Below are positions 41,202 to 52,140 of a stretch of DNA of 64,000 bases, piece by piece. The notes under the pieces are model-generated. The model was not told where the DNA came from and ran no database searches. It was given only the letters and a program-made list of their open reading frames with translations. The stretch comes from Eledone cirrhosa (lineage: Eukaryota), in the NCBI GenBank assembly GCA_964016885.1, contig OZ024743.1, forward strand, positions 195,672,001 to 195,736,000, written 5' to 3'. The translations under genes and the position numbers were made by a program. Numbering within the stretch: position 1 is the stretch's first letter; each line of letters begins with the position of its first letter.

Positions 41202-42544
41202 ATACCCTCGAACGCACACACATGTAAACACATATTCATATGTGTATATAATATATATATGCCTGTGTTTGAATTCGTGTTTAGGTATGTACGAATGCAT
41301 GTATGAATGTCTGTTTGCATGTATGTATGTATATGTTTGTGTGCATAAATTGTAAATAGGGTGATATATACCGGTTTTTATGCATCGATTTATATAAGGA
41401 TTAATTCAACATCAACATTTATGTTATTATAGCTTCATACGAATGTGTGTGTACTATCGTTTATTATTTTAGTTCCCCCCCCCCCCCTGGCATATGACAT
41501 ACAAAATGATATCGATGTGGAATGGGGTCCCTTTCATTGACTTTGTCCATAAACGTTTTGTTGGATTTTTGCTGGGTTTATGGACTAGTTTTTCAAATAT
41601 TTCCATCACCAGTTTTGTGTTATTGACCAATGGGAAATAAAAATCGCCTTTGACGGTGCAGAAAATGAAACAAATATGTCTATATTAAACACTCAACGAC
41701 TATATGTGTAGTTCAGCTCATAGTTTTAAGGAAACTGCATTTAACAACGGAAGAGATTTTGAGTGATCCTTCAGATTTTGAAGTTAGAATGATAGAATAG
41801 AGAAATCTTTGGGAGCAAGTTTATGTTTGAATTCATCATAAAGTGGACAACTTCAATGTATCATGTCATGGATGTCTACAGAAATAAGAGGAATATATCG
41901 CTAGATGTATGAACAATATTCTATAAAAGCTTGACCTGTAACCACAAGAGATCGATACAAAATGACTAATATAGAAATGATTTATCGCAGAAAATATTTC
42001 ATAAGCTGTGCGCGACATAGCACGGAAAGAAGTAATAAATATCATATTATTCTGCTAGTCCTCTACCAGATAGATGAATATATGAAATATATCTTATTTA
42101 GATATTCTTATTCCATAACTAATGCATTAGATAGCTGTTACAAATATTGTTAATTCTAAACTGTCCCATGTGTTCATCGTTTTGTAATAAATATGATGAT
42201 AAAAAGGGAAATATATTTCCTGTGAGGCTGCCAGACTGGCAGATATTTAGCACAGAGATGGAGTTATGTTATTTATCCCTAAACTAAGAGACGATTACTG
42301 TTTCAAGTCTTGCGTAGTATAGTCACACGCTGGAGAGCTCCAGTAGTATAAAAAAAACAGAATAACACTACTTCCTTGGTACGCTTCAAATTTGTTCGAC
42401 ATATATTGATAGTAGAGTTAACTAGTTGTGTCATGAATCCATCAATATTTAAGTCATAACAGCATCACTAGTAGTCTGTGTTTATCATAAAGCAATGTGG
42501 AAATATAAAAGTACTATTCATACATACTTATATGCATACATACA

Positions 42545-43092
42545 TGGTGGCTACCAACTCGTTTTCGAGTACGGCCACTACTTTATATCCATGTAGGAGA
42601 ACTACCGATGCGCTGAACGAGTGTGACTTTTTAGTCCAGCCAGCGAATTGAAAACTCTGGTACAAACACTACACTTGTGACAATTATTGACACATAGTGC
42701 TGGGCCCATGGTACCATGTGACGACAAGTGCAGAGAGATCTCCAGATATAAAGCAATGCTTTGCCGTGAAGCTTATATATTGAGCAAAGGCACTGCACAA
42801 AGCCAGTCCCACTTTTTTAACCAAGATGATATTTACCAAAAAGAAGAAAAAGTCAACATCATTGGATACCATCAGGGTTGCAGGTGTTATATCAGAGTTT
42901 TCCTTCACCTAGAATTCTACCTTGACAAAGGCTAAGGGGTCATCTCTCCCGGTGATTTTGGATATCCATTGACACTTAAGAGCTCCTTTGCCCTTTGACA
43001 GGTTTTGTTTTTAGTCATGCAGGATGTCCAAAGTCACCCTTCTCACCAAGAAAGCTTGGTGGGGTTGCCAGTTTAGTCGCCAACGACCCGAC
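42545..43092 (-). mobile_element. Nearly full family Y copy
   Basis: Reverse complement of 24233-24773, with (ATAC)n tail on the plus strand. Confidence 0.88.
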
Positions 43093-44346
43093 ATACATAC
43101 ATACATACATGATGATGGCTGCCCCCTCGTTATCGAGTATGGCCAATAATAAAATAAAAAAATAAATAAAATAAAATAAAAATATATATAAACATACATA
43201 TACACACACATATTAATAACAACAATAATAATAATAATAATAACAAAAATAATAATAACGACAACAACAACAATAATAATATACATATACATATATATAT
43301 ATATACACACACACGCACACATAAACATATCTATACACATACACGATAGTAACTAACAGCGCTGCGATCGAATGTGGCTTTTTAGCCCAGCCAATGATCT
43401 AAAATGTCTTGCACAGAGTCGGCAACCAAAACATTTATTGGGAATAGCCGGCTGTGGTTGGAGTTCATGTACTTTTGCATGTCGCTTGAGCCCTCCTGCT
43501 GATTTACATTCCCTACCACATGCTTGGTAGGCATGATGAGTAGCATCTCCAACAGCAGCCTGTTAGTCAACCACTGGTCTTACTTTATGACTGCGAAGAT
43601 GACTTTCGAGTCCAGCTTTGCTTAGGCAGAGTCTCGCACAGACGCTGCATGTCAGCACCATAGGAGGACCCTCGCCGTCTGGAAGTGCAACAGCAATGCC
43701 CTTCCTCACATCCCGCTTTACTTTCTCGTATGCGATTCGAGATGCCTCAAAGGCAACTTTTCGCTCATATACAGTCTTTCTGCATTTATTACGATCAGCA
43801 GCAATATTTTCCCATGTATCAGCAGACATGTTAGCGTCTTTCAAAGAGGCTTTCAAGGAATCATTATACCTCTTTTTTGGTTTATGTGGTGGTCGTTTTC
43901 CTTTAACTAACTCTCCATAAAAGAGTTGTTTTGGTATTCTAGAATCCTTCATCCTGGCAATGTGACCACTCCAACGGAGTCGTTGCTTAAGCTCAAGAGC
44001 TTCTATACTGTCACACATAGAGCTTTCCAAAATCTCGACATCACTGATGTGGTCCCTCCAGTGAACGCCATGGATCCGCCTGAGACACATCTGATGGAAA
44101 CGCTACAATTGCTTAAGGTCGTGTCGATATGTGACCAGGTCTCGCAGACATAAAGAAGACAAGAGAGCACACATGCCTTGTACACCTTTACCTTTGTCCT
44201 CCTGCATATGTCTCGCCGACACCAGAGTCGCCTTTCTAGCTTTCCGAAAGCATCACTTGCTTTCCTAATCCTAAGTGAAATTTCTCTATCAAGGTTGCTA
44301 TATCGATTGACAGTGCTTCCCAGGTAGACAAACTGATCAACCACTC
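43093..44346 (-). mobile_element. 5'-truncated RTE LINE copy
   Basis: Highly similar to 44347-45675; encodes the RT thumb region and C2H2 fingers. Confidence 0.9.
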
Positions 44347-47300
44347 CATACATACATACATACATACATACATACATACATACATACATACATACATACA
44401 TACATACATACATACATGATGATGGCTGCCCCCTCGTTATCGAGTATGGCCATTGCACGGCGAGAAAGAAATATTAATAAATAAAGAGAAAAGAAAAAAA
44501 AAAAAGAAATATATATATATATATACATACACATATACATACATATATACACACACACACACATATATATACACACACACATACATTAATAACAATAATA
44601 ATAATAATAATAACAACAATAATAATAACGTCAACAACAATAATAATATACATATACATATATATATACACATACACGCACACACATAAACATATCTATA
44701 CACACACACACACACACGATAGTAACTAACAGCGCTGCGATCGAATGTGGCTTTTTAGCCCAGCCAATGATCTAAAATGTCTTGCACAGAGTCGGCAACC
44801 AAAACATTCACTGGGAATAGTCGGCTGTGGTTGGAGTTCGTGTACTTTTGCATGTCGCTTGAGCCCCCCTGCTGATTTACATTCTCTACCACATGTTTGG
44901 CAAGCATGATGAGTAGCATCTCCAACAGCAGCCTGGTAGTCAAACACTGGTCTTTTTTTATGACTGCGAAGATGACTTTCGAGTCCAGCTTTGCTTAGGC
45001 AGAGTCTCGCACAGACGCTGCATGTCAGCACCATAGGAGGACCCTCGCCGTCTGGAAGTGCAACAGCAATGCCCTTCCTCACATCCCGCTTTACTTTCTC
45101 GTATGCGATTCGAGATACCTCAAAGGCAACTTTTCCCTCATATACAGTCTTTCTCCATTTATTACGATCAGCAGCAATATTTTCCCATGTATCAGCAGAG
45201 ATGTTAGCGTCTTTCAGAGAGGCTTTCAAGGAATACCTCTTTTTTGGTTTATGTGGCGGTCGTTTTCCTTTAACCAACTCTCCATAAAAGAGTTGTTTTG
45301 GTATTCTAGAATCATTCATCCTGGCAATGTGACCACTCCAACGGAGTCGTTGCTTAAGCACAAGAGCTTCTATACTGTCACACATAGAGCTTTCCAAAAT
45401 CTCGACACCACTGATGTGATCCCTCCAGTGAACGCCATGGATCCGTCTGAGACACATCTGATGGAAACGCTTCAATTGCTTAAGGTGATGTCGATATGTG
45501 ACCCAGGTCTCGCAGGCATAAAGAAGACAAGAGAGCACACATGCCCTGTACACATTTACCTTTGTCCTCCTGCATATGTCTCGCCGACCCCAGAGTCGCC
45601 TTTCTAGCTTTCCGAAAGCATCACTTGCTGTATCGATTGACAGTGCTTCCCAGGTAGACAAACTGATCAACCACTCCAAGTCGTTTGCCATACACATAGA
45701 TGTTTGGTTCAGTGTACTGCTTACCAGGGGCAGGATGGTACATGACGACGGTTTTCTTGAGACTGACAGTCAATCCTAGGGCAGTGCAAGCGTCAGAAAA
45801 TGCATTCAAAATATGCTGCATATCACTCTCTGTGTGCGCTACAAGATCGCAATCATCTGCATACAAGAGGTCTCTTATGATTGATGTAAATACTTTTGTC
45901 TTCGCAGAAAAGCGCCTGATGTTAAATATGCTGCCTGAGGTTCGATATCGGATGTAAACACCATGCTCGCAATTCCTGAATGCAATACAGAAAACCATTG
46001 CAAAGTATATGGCAAACAGGGTCGGTGCTGGAATATCCCCATGTTTCACACCATTTTTTACGGAGATAGGCTCCGACATGTTACCTCCGACATTAACCCA
46101 AGCCTACATGTCAACATGGAAAGACCTAACTAAAGCAAGGAACTTATCAGGGCAACCAAGTTTCTGGAGAACCTTCCATAATGCATCTTTGTTAACAGTA
46201 TCGAAAGCTTTTGTCAGATCGACAAAAATCTGATACAGATCCAAGCCTTGTTCCATGCACTTCTCCTGGAGCTGTCTAGCTGAGAAGATAATATCAGTAG
46301 TGCCGCGTCCAGCACGAAAACCAGATTGAGTTTCAGGAAGAACACAATCTGCAATGTGTGTCAGCAGACAGTCCAGAAGCATCCTACATAAAACTTTCCC
46401 TACGACAGAAAGCAATGATATACCTCTGTAGTTCCCACAATCATTCCTGTTACCCTTTCCCTTGTACAAGACCACCATTACTGCATCTCTCCAGTCCTCA
46501 GGTACGGATGCATTAGTCCATATCCTGCCAAACAAAGAGTGAAGATGTTGCAGGAGTCTCTCACCACCATATTGTAGGAGCTCAGCATGTATGCTATCCA
46601 TACCCGGAGATCTTCCACTGTTCAGCTTCGAAATAGCCACTGCAACCTCCACAAGCATCGGAGGTTCTGCGAGAGCTACTTTCACAGGACTTTCTGGAAT
46701 GAGATTGAGGAAATCTTCACTGACGACAGACGGCTGATTCAAAAGATCATCAAAGTGCTCTCGCCACCTTCGTAGAATTCCTTGTGAGTCACGAAGAAGT
46801 TCTTTGCCATCCTTGCTGCGAAGCAGTGTCACCAGAGAAGAAGACGGTCCATAAACCTCACGCAAGAGACTGTACAACAGCTTTGTGTTATTGGAATCTG
46901 ACTCAGTTTGTATCTCACCAGCCTTCTCACTCCACCACTGATCCTTCATCTGAGAAAGACTCCGCCTAACACGTGATTTTACATCCCTGAGTTCCTCATG
47001 CAACGTATTCCTCTCCTGTGGTTTTGCCGTCAAGTAGCGTGACAGAGCACGCCTCTTATCAGCCAACAAGTCTTCTATATGTACATCATTCTCATTAAAC
47101 CAGTCCTAATGTTTTCTCTGCACCGATCCCAGAACACGCCTGCCTACATCATAAACCGACTTTTTAAGGGTCGGCCAATCCTCACCATGATCTGCAGCCT
47201 GCATCTCTTCTTCCAATGTCCTCTTCACATTTTTATCCTTAAGACGAGCAGCATTTAATCTTTTGGGTAGGGCAACACCAGGAGCCCGGATTTTACGTTT

Positions 47301-48584
47301 AGTGATTAGTTTCACTTTTGCGCGTACCAGGCGGTGGTCCGTCCAGCACTCAGCTCCACGAAGAGAACGAACACACTGCACATCCTGTCTGTCACGCATC
47401 CTGACTAGGACGTAGTCCAAAAGATGCCATTCCTTAGATGCAGGATGCATCCATGTGGTCTTGAATTTGTTCTTTTGTTGGAACATGGTTTTGGTAACAC
47501 ACAGATCCAGCTCCTCACACATCTGCAGCAGGAGAATACCATTGTTGTTACACTTTCCCATCCCATGACTTCCGATTACATTCCATGTGTTAAAACCCCT
47601 ACCCACTATAGCATTAAATTCACCAAGCACGATGACTTTGTCTGCCTGAGGCATATTTCTTAAAACACCTTTCAAGGCATGGTAAAAGGACACTTTTTCT
47701 TCATCGACAGAATTCATAGTTGGAGCATACACACTCACCAGGGTCGCATATCTTCCTTTGTCCAGCAGAATTCTCATGGACATAAGACGCTCACTAATCC
47801 CTAATGGGAATTCTTCTAATTTATTTACAAGTACAGTCTTAACAGCAAATCCTACCCCAGCCTCTCTTCTGGTTCCTTCATCTCTTCCTTTCCATGTATA
47901 TTCTCCAAAAAATTCTGTAAGATGACCATCTCCAGCTAACCTCGTCTCAGATAAAGCCACAATGTCAAGATCGTAACGTCGAAGCTCCTTTGCAACAAGA
48001 GCGGTCCTTCGTTCAGGACGCTCCAAGGAATCCCTGTCAAGCAGCGTCCGTACGTTCCAGCAGCCAAGACTAAATGCCTTGTTTGGCTCTATTACAATGG
48101 CACGATAACGAGCGGGCCCAGGCTGTGATAACCTGGGGCCCCCACCCTTATTGCCAATTGTCTTTTTTGTTCCAGAACCTAAATTGCCTATTATCTCTTT
48201 TATATTGTTCTGGAACATCATTGAATTGGAATAAAAATAATAAAAAAATAAAAAAATAATAATAATAGTAATAATAATAGTACACTATTAATAATTATTA
48301 ATGCACTCGTGCAATGCCTGTGCGTGACGAATATTTTTAAAGTGAGGAAAGACTGTGCACTGAGCCAATCCCACTCTCCGAGCGACAGTAGCTATAACCC
48401 GAAAAGAAGAAAAGATCAACATCATCGGTAACTACTGAGCCGCAGGTTTTATGTCGGAGTTAACCCAGTTTCCTGAGATGCCTTCTCCTAGAAGAATGCC
48501 CTGACAAGAGCTAGGGGTTCTTCACTCCCAGTGGTTTAACTGCGCGATCGGGCATCCAGCCCGAGTATTTCTATGTCCCCGCGC
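44347..48584 (-). mobile_element. Near-full-length RTE-clade LINE
   Basis: 5' UTR ~48230-48584, a single APE-RT-ZnF ORF, a microsatellite-containing 3' UTR, a CTCG-ATAA-CGAG stem-loop and an (ATGT)n tail. Confidence 0.93.
44726..48221 (-). pseudogene. RTE ORF: APE endonuclease, reverse transcriptase and three C2H2 zinc fingers, disrupted
   Basis: WNVRTL, RPERRTALVA, ALSETRL, VYAPT, LDYVL, TDHRLV; YRGISLL, FVDLTKAFD, GVKHG, LLYADDC; three Cx2Cx12Hx3H-type motifs (the last imperfect). In-frame TAG at 47106 and 46104; 38-bp deletion near 45630. Confidence 0.93.
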
Positions 48585-48871
48585 AAAAAAAATAAAATAA
48601 ATAAAATAAACTCACTTATTGACACTTATACGTACGACATACACACACGCGCATACATATGCGCGCACACACACGCATACATACGCGCGCACACAGCAAC
48701 ACTCATACATACAAACAAACACACACACGCTACTCACTTACACACACACATATATATATATATATATTACTGTCATTACTGATACAAGATTACAAGATTA
48801 TGTCAACTGTTGACTTTCAAGAGTTTGTATAGTTGAAGCCGATCGTATTACAGTCCAGTATTATGATAATT

Positions 48872-49026
48872 GCTTTACAGCATAGAGTTATGGCTCTCGA
48901 CGCTCTGAGCTTAAATCCCGCCGAGGTCAACCTTGCCTTTCAGCCCCACGGAGTCAACAAAAGAGAGTACCAGTGATGCGCTGGGCCAGTCGCTGGATCC
49001 GTGCCAAAAGCAGAAAAATTATTATT
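48872..49026 (+). mobile_element. 5'-truncated SINE copy with biased substitutions
   Basis: Aligns to the SINE consensus with many T>C and A>G changes. Confidence 0.85.
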
Positions 49027-49869
49027 AAAGTTGTTTTCTTAAGGCTCGGTCGCTGGTGATGGTGATGGCGGCGGTGGTGGCGGTGGTGGTGGTGGTGGCA
49101 GTTGATGTTGTTGTTGTGTTGTGAGCGTGTGTGTGTGTTTTGTTATTTTGAGTTTTTTTGTTTGTTTGTGTTTTTTTTTGTTTGTTTTTTATCTTTTGAT
49201 GCCGCTGTTGTTGTTGTTGTAAATGTTCATTTCAATTCATTCTGAAGCTGTTGTTGGTGAAAACATTAGTGCCGGTGTTGTTGTTGTAGATGTTGGGGTT
49301 GAAATCTGGTCGTCTGACTGAGTGATGTATATACACACATATACATATATATATATATATATACACATTCAACACAGAGTAGGGAGTTTGACAACAGGTC
49401 GATGACTTTAGTCTAGATAGGGTAATGACATGTGATGGTGGGGAGAGAGTGTAGACGTTATTATGGTGGCGGGGGACAGTGAGATGTATCTAGTTCATTT
49501 GTACGTTTTCTTCTCTTTGCAAAATTTGAATTTTAGCCATGTTATATTGAGATGTAAGTAAATGTAAAATGTAAAATATAAATAAGGATTGCTCTGGTAA
49601 AATATACTAAAATATTTGTGTAACTTCTACAAACTTCTGTCGTGACAATCCCGAGTCCAGTGACCAAAAAATTGTTGTATTTTGATGTTTCAGAATACAA
49701 AAATTGATTAAAAACTTACCCCACGAAAACACAGCGTGCGTTGTCATATCTATAAGCTCCCTCATGTACATACATACATACATACATACATACATACATA
49801 CATACATACATACATACATACATACATACATACATACATACATACATACATACATGATTACACACATAC

Positions 49870-50030
49870 ATATTCTACAATAAGGAGGAATCTGGAGATA
49901 CTCCATCTTGACTGTACTTTTAGATTTGTACCTGTGATAACTGGAGCTTTCGAATATGTTGCTAACTGCCTCAGTACAAATCTTGACAAGATGGGCTTCA
50001 GAGAAACAGAATGGGCACGTCTGGTTAGAA
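49870..50030 (+). mobile_element. Fragment of the R4/Dong-type RLE C-terminus
   Basis: RNLEILH..FRFVPVITGAFEYVANCLSTNLDKMGFRETE is homologous to 20165-20310 (minus). Confidence 0.75.
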
Positions 50031-50161
50031 TTACAATTTTATTTTTGATATTCGGCAAGGCCAGCCGTAACTTCCTCGGTATGCAAATGAAACTACTCAG
50101 CCGATGTGTACTAACGGAAATACTATATATTTTCAACCGTTCAACAGACTAGCAGAGGTAT

Positions 50162-50204
50162 ACAGTCCTGATGAAGGGTAATGACCCAGAAATATGGTCA
50201 TTGT
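50162..50204 (+). ncRNA. Degenerate minimal hammerhead-like motif
   Basis: ACAGT-C-CTGATGA-A-GGGT-AATG-ACCC-A-GAAA-TATGG-TC-ATTGT. Confidence 0.4.
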
Positions 50205-50267
50205 TCCTCAAAGTCAGTATTGAACAAACAGGTGACCATCGGTCACAGGCACGGCACAGCTTCAAGT

Positions 50268-50456
50268 CGGTGGATTGGCAGTATCGGTAGAGAGTCGGAC
50301 GCCATGCTTTCCAGCATAGTTACGTCCCTTTACGGTCTGAGTTCAAATCCCGCCGAGGTTGACTTTGCCTTTCATCCTTACGGGGTCGATAAAATAAAGT
50401 ACCAGTAATGTACTGGGTATTTGCTGGCGTTGTATCAAAAGTAGAAACAATTATTA
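50268..50456 (+). mobile_element. tRNA-derived SINE
   Basis: Match to the SINE consensus. Confidence 0.9.
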
Positions 50457-50469
50457 ATGTTCGATATAA

Positions 50470-50748
50470 CCAATACGCATGTATATGTAAATACATATGT
50501 GTATATAAATATAAGTATGTATACGTACATACATATATGTATACAGACGTACAGTAGTATATATATATATATATACATACATGCACACATATATATATAT
50601 GTACGTATGGATTCACCGAACATTTATTATAATGCTCGGTGTGTTTGTAAACAAACATCCCGTATTAAGCCGTACAGTGTCTAGCAACCATCGTTGCTCT
50701 TTTGTTCAACACAGACAAAGGAACGTTGTACTAGTTTCAAGCTTATTA
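50470..50748 (-). mobile_element. Partial family X copy
   Basis: Minus strand starts AATAAGCTTGAAACTAGTACAACGT, the 3' half of the hammerhead with a perfect stem I strand. Confidence 0.82.
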
Positions 50749-51457
50749 CTTCATACATATGTGTATACATATCTATATATCTATATATATATATGTGTGT
50801 GTGTGTGTGTATGTGTGTGTAAGTGTGTGTGTGTGTAAGTGTGTGCACGCGCGTGTGTGTACATGTGTGTCTGCGTGTGTGTGTGTGTATAGTTACATTT
50901 ATATATTAGCTGTGGTAGGGGGAGAACTAAAATGTATATATATATATATATAGTTAAAAGAATAGAGGTGTAACACAGAAGTTATTATATATTGGTAAAC
51001 GGAATAGAAAATGCTGACAAATTGTTCACAGTTGAAAAATGGTTTAATTAGGAATAAAAGAGTATTAGTGATTGTATGGGTTAGTATTCAGTTGTGGTTT
51101 TAAGTTTTTAAGTTTTTACCGGTTGCGCTTTTCAAAAATAATTTTGAGATAGAGTGTCCGTGCTGTTTGCTCTGATCTGATTAGTTTTGGGAATTCTACC
51201 TGTTTTTATGTTAAAAAAGTGGCTCCAGCGTTATTTTTGTGTTGCAAAAATGCTTGTGGTCAAAACAATTTTGATTGGTCGGTAGAGGTCATGTGAATGT
51301 ATGAAGTTGATTTTGCGCCAAGACTGTTTTTATGTTAAAAAAGTGGCTCCAGCAAAAATTCTTGGTCAAAACAATTTTGATTGGTCGGTAGAGGTCATGT
51401 GGATAAAAAATTGGTTTTGCGCCAAGATTGAGAAATGACTCTTTCACAACAAATATG

Positions 51458-51564
<107 letters not shown>

Positions 51565-51635
51565 AGTAGTAGTAGTAAGGTGTTCGATGCTGCGACAATG
51601 GCCAGCAGCGATGTGTGTCAAATGGCTATTAAGAT

Positions 51636-51670
<35 letters not shown>

Positions 51671-52140
51671 GCGGAGTCATTCGAAGGTCAAAAGATATTT
51701 TTCAGCTTTTGCCTTATACGGAGAAGTGCGTGTGTGTGTGTGTATAAGTCTCTTTGTATGTTGATGTACGCGTGTGTATGTGTTTGTGTATATATGTGTT
51801 TGTGTGTGTGTGTGTGGGTGGACCAGTATTGTTTTCCCCCTGGTAAAATGGTGTACATTATTCGATTTTTTCAGTAAAATCGGTTCTCTTAATAGAACAT
51901 CAAAAATCTTAACAATAAAAGGTGTGAAATGATATTCACTATATATATATACACACATACATATATTCACTACATATATATATATACATATACATATATA
52001 CGTACATATATATGCCCATATATTTTTTTGTATTGCACCATAGAGCATATGTGTTTACGTGTGTCATTGTGTTTATATGTGGGTAGAGATGTGTGCTGAT
52101 GTAGGTATGTATGTTGACGTGTGTATGTTGTGGGTTCGTC

